Below, piece by piece: positions 20,531 through 29,379 of a stretch of 64,000 nucleotides of DNA. The notes below the pieces were generated by a model, which saw nothing but the letters and a program-made list of their open reading frames with translations, did not search any database and was not told the origin of the DNA. Position 1 is the first letter of the stretch, and each line of letters begins with the position of its first letter. The stretch spans positions 2,752,001 to 2,816,000 of the forward strand of contig OZ252299.1 in the NCBI GenBank assembly GCA_965250285.1, given 5' to 3'. This DNA comes from Myxococcota bacterium (GTDB taxonomy: Bacteria; Myxococcota_A; UBA9160; UBA4427). Position numbers and translations under genes: made by a program.

Positions 20531-21625
20531 CTAGAGGCCGAGGGCGCCTTCGAGCACCGACAGAGTCTTGGCGTGGCGGAACCACATCTCGACCGGGTAC
20601 TCGCGGATGTAGCCGTGACCGCCGAAGACCTGGATGCCGTTGTCGGCGATCCACGAGGCGTGCTTCGCCACGTAGGTCTTCGCGAGTCGCGCCTCGCGGA
20701 CCGCGGGCTGACCGTGCTCGAGCAGGCTGGCCGCCTGCCAGGTGAGGTACCGCATGCTCTCGACCGCGATGTGCATGTCGGACAGGCGGAAGGCGATCGA
20801 CTGCTTCTTCGCGATCGGCTCGTCGAAGGCCACGCGCTCCTTCGTGTAGGGCACGCAGAACTCGAGCACCGCCCGCGAGAGGCCAACCTGCACGGCGCAG
20901 AGGGCCGCCCGGCTGTTGCTGATGATCGCGGCGACGTCGGCGCCGTTCTCACCACCGAGGCGATCTCCGGCCGCGACCTCGACTCGCTCGAGCTCGATCG
21001 TCACGGTCGACAGGGCGCGCAGACCCATGTTGTTCTCGCGCTCGCCGATGTTCAGGCCGGGTGCGTCCTTCGCCACGATGAAGGCGTCGAGATCGTCGCC
21101 GTTGCGCGCCGTCACGAGGAAGTGACTCGCGGTGTCGCCCATGACGACGAAGCTCTTCGAGCCCGAGAGCACGAAGCCGTCGCCCTTGGGCTCGGCGATC
21201 GTGCGGGGGCGGAAGGGATCCGACAGCGGGCCCGGCTCGATGATGGCCACGGATGCGGCGTGGTACTTCTCGGTGCAGAACAGCGGCAGGTACTGCTTCT
21301 TCTGCTCCTCGGTGCCGTGATCGACGATGGCGTTCGCGAACTGGCTCGGTGCAACGGCCGCGATGGCCAGCGCCGGGTCGCCGTGGGCGAGCTCCTCGAG
21401 CAGGATCGCGTTGGTCACCGGGGAGCGCTCCTCGCCAGCGCCGCCGTAGGCCTCGGGAATCTGGGTCGACGTGAGGCCGAGATCCCAGCAGCCCTGCAGG
21501 AAGTCGGCGGGGATCTCACTCTTCTCGTCGCAGTCGCGCCCGATCGAGCGCAGCTGGTCAGCCGCGAACTCGCGCATGGTGTCGCGCACGAGCTCCTGGT
21601 CTTCAGTCATGCCAAAGGAAATCAC
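20531..21625 (-). CDS. acyl-CoA dehydrogenase (FadE24-like, C-terminally short partner)
   Basis: MISFGMTEDQ, ERVAFDEPIAKKQ, QVFGGHGYIREYPVEMWFR; ends shortly after LEG. Confidence 0.9.
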   Translation of the reverse strand: MISFGMTEDQELVRDTMREFAADQLRSIGRDCDEKSEIPADFLQGCWDLGLTSTQIPEAYGGAGEERSPVTNAILLEELAHGDPALAIAAVAPSQFANAIVDHGTEEQKKQYLPLFCTEKYHAASVAIIEPGPLSDPFRPRTIAEPKGDGFVLSGSKSFVVMGDTASHFLVTARNGDDLDAFIVAKDAPGLNIGERENNMGLRALSTVTIELERVEVAAGDRLGGENGADVAAIISNSRAALCAVQVGLSRAVLEFCVPYTKERVAFDEPIAKKQSIAFRLSDMHIAVESMRYLTWQAASLLEHGQPAVREARLAKTYVAKHASWIADNGIQVFGGHGYIREYPVEMWFRHAKTLSVLEGALGL

Positions 21626-21693
21626 GGGTGGTTCTCCTCGTTCGTCCGGCCCGGGACAGGTGCCGGCGCTGGGGCTTCGAAATCAATTCGAGA

Positions 21694-22431
21694 TCAAGGG
21701 GACGATTCGTCCGTCGAGTCGTCGCGAGCGATCTGGTGGAAGTACTCGTGCATCGCGGGGGCCGATCCATCCTTGGTCAGCAGGCCGCGCTTGTGCATGT
21801 CGCGGGCGTCGGCGAGGCCGAGGGCCACGGCGCACCACACCTTGGCGTCGGCCGTGTACCGCACGTCGGCGTTGGTCGCGAAATCGGGGTGAACCTCGCA
21901 GTGCCCGTTCTCGATGGCGACGGTCCAGACGCCGCCGCCCTCCCCCGTCAACCGGATCTCGAACGTGACGGCGTCGTCCGCCTTCTCGTCACGGAGCAGG
22001 AAGGGCAAGGATTCGAGGATCGACTGCGGCGAGGTCTCGGTGAAGGTGTTCGCGTCGACCTCGAGATCGCGCAGGCCGTCGCGCACCCACCACCGCGCGA
22101 TCGACGAGATGATCGGCTCGAGGGATCGCCCGCGTTCGGTGACCGAGTAGAGCGACCGCGTGCCCTGCTGCACCTGCTCGACGAAGCCGTCGCTGGTGAG
22201 CTGGCGAAGTCGGCTCGAGAGCACGCGGGGGGCGATGCCCGTGCGCTGGCGCAGCTCCTGGAAGCCGCGCGGTGCGATCAGCAGCTGGCGCACGAGCACC
22301 AGCGTCCAGCGATCGCCGATCACCTCGAGCGCCCGCGCGACCGGATCGAAGATCTTGGCCGGCTCGGGGATCTCGCGGCGGCGGGGGGCGGCCGCTTCGG
22401 CGCCCTGGGTCGTGGATTCCACATCGGTCAC
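21694..22431 (-). CDS. HxlR/DUF24 winged-helix regulator with C-terminal SCP2 lipid-binding-like domain
   Basis: PVARALEVIGDRWTLVLVRQLL, GIAPRVLSSRLRQL, YSVTERGRSL; C-terminal FEIRLTGEGGGVWTVAIENG typical of SCP2. Confidence 0.87.
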   Translation of the reverse strand: MTDVESTTQGAEAAAPRRREIPEPAKIFDPVARALEVIGDRWTLVLVRQLLIAPRGFQELRQRTGIAPRVLSSRLRQLTSDGFVEQVQQGTRSLYSVTERGRSLEPIISSIARWWVRDGLRDLEVDANTFTETSPQSILESLPFLLRDEKADDAVTFEIRLTGEGGGVWTVAIENGHCEVHPDFATNADVRYTADAKVWCAVALGLADARDMHKRGLLTKDGSAPAMHEYFHQIARDDSTDESSP

Positions 22432-22436
22432 GAAGA

Positions 22437-22455
22437 CAGTATCTAACAGATACTG
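22437..22455. promoter_or_regulatory. palindromic operator, probable HxlR autoregulatory site
   Basis: CAGTATCT-AAC-AGATACTG perfect 8-bp inverted repeat 5 nt upstream of the regulator start codon. Confidence 0.7.
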
Positions 22456-22603
22456 ATCTGGAGATCAAACCCGCACCCCCGGGCTATCCTCGACGACACT
22501 GCACGCGCTTTCCCCAGGGTATGCCTCACGCGGCGCCCCGGCCGGAGTGCGCCGCCATCGGCTCGGCATCCCCAGGGACCGAGCGCGCTACGATGCGGCC
22601 GTC

Positions 22604-23004
22604 GGAGGTGGACGGGAGATCGCCGGCGGGCAGGCATCGCCCGCGGGAGGAAAGTCCGGGCTCCACAGGGCAGGGAAGTCGGTAACACCGACCCGGGGCG
22701 ACCCGAGGGAAAGCGCAACAGAAATCACACCGCCTAAGCGGGGGGCGACCCTCGCCGGCAAGGGTGAAATCGTGGGGTAAGAGCCCACGCGCGACAGCCG
22801 GGTGACCGGCGGCGAGGCAAGCCCTTCCCGGAGCAAGCTCGAATAGGGGTGCGGTCGAGAGCGGCCCGCTCGAGGGATCACGGTCCCCGGCACCCGGGTG
22901 AGAGCGCTCGAGCGGCGCGGCAACGCGTCGCCTAGACGAATGATCTTCGCTCGCTCGTCCTCTCGAGGGCGGGCGAGGACAGAACCCGGCTTACAGTCCA
23001 CATC
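22604..23004 (+). ncRNA. rnpB: RNase P RNA, bacterial type A
   Basis: GAGGAAAGTCCGGGCTC near 5' end, GAAAGCGCAACAGAAA, GGGTGAAA..GGGGTAAGAGC, ACAGAACCCGGCTTA near 3' end; GTGGAC/GTCCAC P1 pairing; TACGAT -10 at 22589. Confidence 0.97.
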
Positions 23005-23020
23005 GAAGCCTCGCTTCGAT
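23002..23020 (+). terminator. hairpin immediately 3' of rnpB
   Basis: ATCGAAGC-CTC-GCTTCGAT 8-bp stem; no U-tract, so could be a processing/stabilising stem instead. Confidence 0.35.
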
Positions 23021-23116
23021 CCCCTGGGAAGAAGCTTCGGCCACGCCCGGGGCGCTCCGACGCTCTCGCGCCCTACCCGCGCGAGGCCCGGGGGCACCGA
23101 GACGCGCGGCGCCGCG

Positions 23117-24178
23117 CTACGCGAGGTCGACGCGCATGCAGATCAAGCGGTCGCGCCGCGCGCGCGGATAGCCATCCCACTTGGCCGTGGGGATCTCGTC
23201 TCCGGCGACCCGCCGAAACCCCGCGCGCTCGAAGAACGCCGCCACGCGGTCGCTCGTCGTGCAAGCGAACACGTAGCCGTAGCCTGCTTCGCGCGCGCGC
23301 CGCACGGCGAACGACACGATCTGCTGGCCGATGCCCTCGCCGAGATAGCGCGTCACGGTGTAGAGCGACGCAATCTCGGCGGCCGATGCTTCGGCGTGGG
23401 GCAAGAGCGACCCCACGCCCGCGAGATCGCGCCCCTCGACGAAGACGCCGATGCCGCCCGACAGCACGCGATCGAGCCCCGCTTCGTCGCGCTCGACGAG
23501 GTATCCCTCGGCCACACCGCGCGAAATCAGATCGCCCGCCGCGTCGAAGTCGTCGACCGAAAGCGCCCGCACCTCGACGTAGCGCTCGCGCGTGAACAGC
23601 GTGCCCGACCCCGCGTACGTGAACAGCTCGTCGTCGAGACCGGCGGCGCTGCAGAGGTTGATCGACGGGATCCCGCCCTCGAGCATCGACTCGATCTCGG
23701 CGAGGAGCCCGACGTCGGCCGGCGAGCCGGTGCCGACCTGGCGGTGACGCCGCAGCTCCTTGCGGTCGATGAACGAGATCGGAGCACCGACCTCGTCGCG
23801 CAGCCCGCCTTCGTCGCGCAGCCAGACCAGCTTCGTCAGCCCGAGCCGCAGCGCGGCGCTCTTGACCGCCGACTCGAATGCACCGCCCCCGAGCGCGAGC
23901 CCGGCCGCGCCGTCGATGCCGAGCTGGCGCCAGAGCTGCGCGGGCCAGGCGTCGACGTCGGCGGCGTCGAGGCTCGAGAGCCCGAGGCGACCGGCCGGAT
24001 CGGCGTCGGGCGACATCAGGATCACCCGCGTGCCGTTCTTGCGCAGGGCCTCGAAGACCGCGCCGAGCGGCGTGACCTCGAGCGTGCCCGCCGGCGCCAA
24101 CGCGAAGCCGAGGGTGCGACCGCGGAACTCGCTCAGATAGAAGCCGCGCTCGGTGATCGGAGAGGTCGGGACCGACAT
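23117..24178 (-). CDS. ArgA-like amino-acid N-acetyltransferase (degenerate amino-acid-kinase domain + C-terminal GNAT)
   Basis: ELFTYAGSGTLF linker as in N-acetylglutamate synthases, AEIASLYT, GEGIGQQIV acetyl-CoA motif, FFERAGF. Confidence 0.75.
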   Translation of the reverse strand: MSVPTSPITERGFYLSEFRGRTLGFALAPAGTLEVTPLGAVFEALRKNGTRVILMSPDADPAGRLGLSSLDAADVDAWPAQLWRQLGIDGAAGLALGGGAFESAVKSAALRLGLTKLVWLRDEGGLRDEVGAPISFIDRKELRRHRQVGTGSPADVGLLAEIESMLEGGIPSINLCSAAGLDDELFTYAGSGTLFTRERYVEVRALSVDDFDAAGDLISRGVAEGYLVERDEAGLDRVLSGGIGVFVEGRDLAGVGSLLPHAEASAAEIASLYTVTRYLGEGIGQQIVSFAVRRAREAGYGYVFACTTSDRVAAFFERAGFRRVAGDEIPTAKWDGYPRARRDRLICMRVDLA

Positions 24179-24365
24179 GCGCAGGAGTTTTGCGTATCGC
24201 GCGCCCGCTCGACATGCGTGTGCGGGCCGGTGCCATCGCGATCCACCCCGCCCGTGCGTCCGCGACGCGACGGTGGCCGGGCCGCATCGAGCGGCCCGGG
24301 GTGGCCGGCTCCCGGCCGTTCGAACCGGTTGGGGGCGAGCGGGGGAACCTGTATCGTGCGCGCGC

Positions 24366-26144
24366 ATGGACTGGCAGATCGGGCTCACCCTCGCCGTGGT
24401 GGTCGCGGCGCTGGTCTTGATGATTCGCGAGGTCGCCGCACCCGACATGGTGCTGATGGCGGCCGTGATCGGTCTGGGCCTCGCCGGCGTACTCACGCCG
24501 CGCGAGGTCTTCTCGGGCTTCGCGAACCCGGTCGTCGCCGTCGTCGGCGCCCTCTTCATCCTCTCGGCCGCGATGCGCGAGACCGGCGCCCTCGACATGA
24601 CGACGGGCCGGCTGCTCGCCGGCGCGAAGGACATGCCGGGTGGATTGATCCGCATCTCGGCGCCCGTCGCGGTGCTGTCCGCCTTCCTCAACAATGCGCC
24701 GATCGTCGCGATGATGACGCCGACGGTCATCGACTGGGCGAAGCGCCACCGCCTGTCGCCGAGCCGCTTCCTGATCCCGCTGAGCTACGCCTCGATCCTC
24801 GGCAGCCTCAACACGATCATCGGCACCAGCGTGATCCTGACCGTGGCGGGCCTCGTGAACGACGCGCAGATGCAGCCGCTCGGCTTCTTCGAGCTGCTGC
24901 CGGTGGCCGCACCGATCACGCTGGTCGGCCTCGTCTATCTCGTGCTGGTCGCGTGGCGCCGCATTCCCGACCGCATCGATCCGGCCCAGGCCCTGGGGCA
25001 GCACCGCCGCGAATACACGACGACGATGCGGGTGATGCCCGAATCATCGCTGGTCGGTTCGACGATCGAGGAGGCCGGGCTGCGCAACCTGCCCGGGCTC
25101 TTCGTGATCGAGGTCGACCGCGGAGCGCGCGTGATCACGCCGGTGACGCCCGATCAGGGGATCCTCGCCGGCGACGAGCTCGTGTTCGCCGGCGTCGTCG
25201 AGACGATCGTCGATCTGCAGCGCATCCGTGGCCTCGAACCAGTGCCCCACGAAGAAGAGGACGAAGCGGCGAGCGAGCAGAAGCCCGGCCATCGGCTCGT
25301 CGAGGCGGTCGTCTCCGAGTCGTCGCCCCTCGTGGGTCGCAGCGTGCGCGACCTCGGTTTTCGCTCGGCGTACGACGCGGCCGTCGTCGCCGTGCATCGC
25401 AACGCCGAGCGGGTGCGCGGGAAGATCGGCGAGATCGTCTTGCGGCCGGGCGACATGCTGCTGATGCAGGCCGCCCCCGACTTCGCGCACACCCAGCGCA
25501 ACAGCGCCGATTTCACGCTCGTGAGCGAGCTGCCCGAGAGCGAGCGCCCCCGCCACGATCGCGCGTGGGTCGCGCTCGGGGTCCTCGCGGCGATGGTCGT
25601 CTCGGTCGCGACGGGCCTCGTTCCGATCTCGATCGCCGCATTCGTCGCGGTCGGCGCCCTGCTCGTCACGCGCTGCATCACCGGCAGCCAGGCCCGGCGA
25701 TCGGTCCGCTGGCCGATCCTGATCGTGATCGCCGCGGGCCTCGGCCTGGCGACGGCCATGCAGAAGACGGGCGCCGCGGCCATGATCGCGAACCTGCTCG
25801 TCAGCTCGGTGCGCGAGCTCGGACCGATGGGCGTCCTCGCCGTGGTGTATCTGCTCTGCGTGGTCATGGCCGAGACGCTCCAGCACAACGCCGCGGTCGC
25901 GATCATGTTCCCGATCGCCGTTGCCGCAGCCGAGCAGCTCGGCGTCGACGCGCGCCCCTTCGTCATCACGACGGCGATCGGCTCGGCCTGCGCGTTCGCC
26001 TCGCCCGTCTCGTACCAGACCCACCTCATCGTCTACGGCGCCGGCGGCTACCGGTTCGGCGACTTCGTCCGCGTCGGTCTCCCGCTCGATCTCATCTGTG
26101 GCGTGCTTGCGGTCACACTGATCCCCCGAATCTGGCCGTTCTGA
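24366..26144 (+). CDS. SLC13/DASS family permease with two TrkA-C (RCK_C) domains
   Basis: SAFLNNAPIVAM, LIPLSYASILG..TIIGTS, soluble central TrkA-C repeats, FASPVSYQTH..YGAGGYRFGDF. Confidence 0.92.
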   Translation: MDWQIGLTLAVVVAALVLMIREVAAPDMVLMAAVIGLGLAGVLTPREVFSGFANPVVAVVGALFILSAAMRETGALDMTTGRLLAGAKDMPGGLIRISAPVAVLSAFLNNAPIVAMMTPTVIDWAKRHRLSPSRFLIPLSYASILGSLNTIIGTSVILTVAGLVNDAQMQPLGFFELLPVAAPITLVGLVYLVLVAWRRIPDRIDPAQALGQHRREYTTTMRVMPESSLVGSTIEEAGLRNLPGLFVIEVDRGARVITPVTPDQGILAGDELVFAGVVETIVDLQRIRGLEPVPHEEEDEAASEQKPGHRLVEAVVSESSPLVGRSVRDLGFRSAYDAAVVAVHRNAERVRGKIGEIVLRPGDMLLMQAAPDFAHTQRNSADFTLVSELPESERPRHDRAWVALGVLAAMVVSVATGLVPISIAAFVAVGALLVTRCITGSQARRSVRWPILIVIAAGLGLATAMQKTGAAAMIANLLVSSVRELGPMGVLAVVYLLCVVMAETLQHNAAVAIMFPIAVAAAEQLGVDARPFVITTAIGSACAFASPVSYQTHLIVYGAGGYRFGDFVRVGLPLDLICGVLAVTLIPRIWPF

Positions 26145-26284
26145 CCCCGAGGCCCGCACCCCGGGCCCTCGCCGCCGCCCGCGCGAGCGGCGGCGCCCGC
26201 AGATTGCCTGTCACTTTCAGCTCCGCCACACCACTCAATGGGGCGGGCGAAGAGAACCGGCCCCCTGCGGGGTCATCGGTCGCG

Positions 26285-26344
26285 GCGGGAGAAGCCGCGG
26301 GAGGAGCCGCGGGAGGGGCCGCGGGAGGGGCCGCGGGAGGGGCG
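26285..26344. repeat. 12-bp tandem repeat GCGGGAGGGGCC x5
   Basis: units GCGGGAGAAGCC, GCGGGAGGAGCC, GCGGGAGGGGCC x2, GCGGGAGGGGCG. Confidence 0.9.
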
Positions 26345-27081
26345 ATCAGGCGCTTTTCTCCCGCGCAAATTGGGTTGTTTTCGCCACGTTTGACTTCTGA
26401 TTGGACCTGCGCAAGCCGATATCGCCATGAAAACCGCACGCGCGTGACCCGAATCTGGCCACCGCGTGTCACGCGAGGGAGTGAAGAACATCTCAGGTGC
26501 GTCTGGTGTCTTCAGCAGCAAGCAATTCGGGCCCGCCCCCCTGGCCCGTGCGAGGAGGGATCGCTGGTCTTCAGGCGAGATTGGGGGACCGGGTGGGCGG
26601 ATTGCCCCGCTGCCCGATCCACTCAGGGCGCAGAAATGCAAAAAGGGACTGGTCAAAAGCCCGAGAACCCATCAAAATCGGGCCGCTCGACCTCCCCCCT
26701 GCGCCCACGAAGTGGAACGTCATCGTCCCCGCCGAACTCCCGACTGCATCGCGGTCGGATTCGGTGAACATCGAGTCTGCACCTGACCAGCGCAACCTTT
26801 CTCGCGTGGCAGGTAGTTCAGGCACCGGTTGCGTGTCGAGTTGGCGGGACGATGCATCAGTCGAATCGGGCGACGCCTGATTCGGCGACCCATTCGGGTG
26901 GCGCCGCGAACCAGTCACCCGAGAGCAGGAACGAACGAATGAAAGCACGACGGTCGACACCGCGGGGGCGCGGTGAAGATCGTCGAAACTGGACCCCCCC
27001 GGGCGGTATCCGACGAGTCACCGGCACGTTGGCTGCCGGCATCACGGGCGGAATTGCACCAGGGGCCCACGAGGTACATCA

Positions 27082-28464
27082 GTGACGACTGAGAAGAACC
27101 AGGCAGTCTCGAAGGAAGGCACCGCGCGCACGGCCACCGGAGCGACTCCGGTCGTGGCGGCGGAGGAGCTGGATCCCGGCCGCGAGCGCCGGCCGCTCGA
27201 GTCTTACTTCCAGGAGATCGGCGGCACCCGCACGCTCAAGCGTGAGGAAGAGGTGATCCTCGCCAAGGATCTCGAGGCAGCGACCGCTCGCCTGCGCGAC
27301 TCGCTCTATGCGATCCCCGTGTGCGCCAAGCACGTGGTCGGTCGATGGGACGCGCTGCGCGCGCTCTCGCACACCGGCGCGAAGCTCTCCGAATCGGCGG
27401 GCGACGAAGAGACCGGCGAGATCGCGGCGCGCGTCGAGCGCGCGGTGAAAAAGCTGCGCGCGCTGCTCGACGAGCGCGAGAAGAAGTTCGACAAGGCCGG
27501 CGAAGAGTACGGTCCGGCGCTCGAGAAGCTCGACGCGAAGATCGCGAAGGAGATGCACGGGGCCCAGCTCTCGCTGGCCGTGCTCGTCGAGCTGCGCGAG
27601 AAGGCGCTGGTCACGGCGAACGAGATCAAGCGCACCCGCAAGCGCACCCGACGGCTCTCCGAGCTCGAGGTCGACGCGGGCGTGCGCAAGGAGCGCATGG
27701 CAGAGCTCTCCGCATCGGTCGACGACGCCCACGAGATGATGACGACGGTCAAGAACCGCTTCATCGAGCACAACCTGAAGCTCGTGGTCGCGATCGCGAA
27801 GGACTACCGGAACCTCGGTCTGTCCTTCCCCGACCTGATTCAGGAGGGCAACCTGGGCCTGATCCGCGCGGTGGAGAAGTTCGACCATCGGCGTGGCTTC
27901 AAGTTCTCGACGTACGCGGTCTGGTGGATTCGCCAGGCGCTGGTGCGCGCGATCCAGAACCACTCGCGCACGATCCGGCTGCCCTCGCACGTGCACGATC
28001 GGCTGCAGCGCAGCCAGCGCGTGCGCGCCGAGCTGACCGGCAAGCTGGGCCGCGAGCCCACGCCGGGTGAGCTGGCGCCGGCGCTCGGCACCGATACCGA
28101 CTCGCTCGAGGCCCTCGATCGACTGTCGCGCGAGGCGATCTCGCTCGAGAGCAACGTCGCGGGCACCGAGAAGCGGCTCGAGGATTTCGTGCCCGACCAG
28201 ATGGCGGTGCAGCCCGATGGCGGCATCGACGACGACCGCATGCGGTCGGGCGTCGGGCACCTGATCGGGACGCTCACGCCGCGCGAGCAGCTGATCCTTC
28301 GGCTTCGCTATGGCCTGGCCGGCGAAGAGGAGCACACGCTCGAGCAGATCGGCCAGAGCCTCGGTCTCTCGCGCGAGCGCGTGCGACAGCTCGAGGCCCG
28401 GGCGCTGAAGAAGCTGCGCGAGACGCAGCCGGCCCAGCGGCTCCACCCGATCCTCGAGCCCTGA
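27082..28464 (+). CDS. RNA polymerase sigma-70 family factor, RpoD/RpoS group, lacking region 1.1
   Basis: region 1.2 ([20 protein letters not shown]), region 2 ([42 protein letters not shown]), region 4 ([16 protein letters not shown]). Confidence 0.94.
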   Translation: MTTEKNQAVSKEGTARTATGATPVVAAEELDPGRERRPLESYFQEIGGTRTLKREEEVILAKDLEAATARLRDSLYAIPVCAKHVVGRWDALRALSHTGAKLSESAGDEETGEIAARVERAVKKLRALLDEREKKFDKAGEEYGPALEKLDAKIAKEMHGAQLSLAVLVELREKALVTANEIKRTRKRTRRLSELEVDAGVRKERMAELSASVDDAHEMMTTVKNRFIEHNLKLVVAIAKDYRNLGLSFPDLIQEGNLGLIRAVEKFDHRRGFKFSTYAVWWIRQALVRAIQNHSRTIRLPSHVHDRLQRSQRVRAELTGKLGREPTPGELAPALGTDTDSLEALDRLSREAISLESNVAGTEKRLEDFVPDQMAVQPDGGIDDDRMRSGVGHLIGTLTPREQLILRLRYGLAGEEEHTLEQIGQSLGLSRERVRQLEARALKKLRETQPAQRLHPILEP

Positions 28465-28496
28465 GGTCGGCGCCGGCCGGATCGCCCAAGAGAACG

Positions 28497-28536
28497 ACGG
28501 GCCCGGAGCAGCGATGCTCCGGGCCCGTTTCGTTTT
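28497..28536 (+). terminator. intrinsic terminator between convergent sigma and uppP genes
   Basis: perfect 14-bp stem ACGGGCCCGGAGCA / TGCTCCGGGCCCGT, GCGA loop, TTCGTTTT tail. Confidence 0.85.
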
Positions 28537-28590
28537 CGGAGCCGACCTCACCGGCCGAAGGGTCCGCGGGACGGGCGCACGGCCGAGCGG

Positions 28591-29379
28591 TCAGCGCGCC
28601 TGCAGCGCCCACCACATGAAGAGGCCACCCACCGCCCACGCGTAGTAGGCGAAGACGTGGAAGACCTGGCGCTCGAGCATGCGCACGAAGAGCCAGATGG
28701 CGGCGATCCCCGAGACGAGCGCCGCGGCTCCCCCGATCGCCATCTGGCCGAGCATCTGGCTGCTCGCACCGGCCGCGTCGGGCAGCATGAGCACCGACGC
28801 GCCCGCGATCGCAATCACGCCGAGCAGAAACGAGAACTCGGCGGCCGCCGCGGGGGCCAGACCGAGGGCCAGCGCGATCGCCACGGTGGTGCCGCTGCGC
28901 GAGATGCCGGGCAGGATCGCGAAGGCCTGGGCGCAACCGATTGCGAGCGCCATCGCGAACGTGGGCGTCTGCCCGCTCGCCCGGCCGGTGGTCCACTTCG
29001 TCGTGAGCAGCAGCGACCCCGTGATCAGCAGACAGAGCGCGACGAGCACCGGGTTGCCGAAGGCGCTCTCGACGGCGTCCTTCGCGGTGAGCCCGACCAG
29101 AACGGCCGGCACCGTGCCGACGGCGAGCTTCGCGCCATACACCAGGGCCTCGGCATTGCCGCGCAGCGCGCCGCTGATCAGGGCCCCGATCCGGCGCCGG
29201 TAGAAGATCACGATCGCGACCAGCGTCGCCGCGTGCACGGCGATCTCGAAGAGCAGGCCGCCCTCCCCGTGCACGCCCAGCACCGCCTGGATCATCGCCA
29301 GGTGGCCGCTGCTCGATACAGGGAAGAACTCGGTCAGGCCCTGCACGATCCCGAGCAGGAACGCCTCGCCGTCGTTCAC
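28591..29379 (-). CDS. uppP: undecaprenyl-diphosphate phosphatase (BacA family)
   Basis: LGIVQGLTEFFPVSSSGHL, PGISRSG, AAEFSFLL. Confidence 0.96.
   Translation of the reverse strand: MNDGEAFLLGIVQGLTEFFPVSSSGHLAMIQAVLGVHGEGGLLFEIAVHAATLVAIVIFYRRRIGALISGALRGNAEALVYGAKLAVGTVPAVLVGLTAKDAVESAFGNPVLVALCLLITGSLLLTTKWTTGRASGQTPTFAMALAIGCAQAFAILPGISRSGTTVAIALALGLAPAAAAEFSFLLGVIAIAGASVLMLPDAAGASSQMLGQMAIGGAAALVSGIAAIWLFVRMLERQVFHVFAYYAWAVGGLFMWWALQAR

Noticed and set aside
26125..26460. 13-bp direct repeat CCCGAATCTGGCC as an att site or target duplication
   Set aside because: Short, encloses only about 310 bp, and no integrase or transposase nearby
26806..26822. Myxococcus-type LexA box (GTTCAGG half) upstream of the sigma gene
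   Set aside because: Only the 3' half matches; the 5' half does not fit
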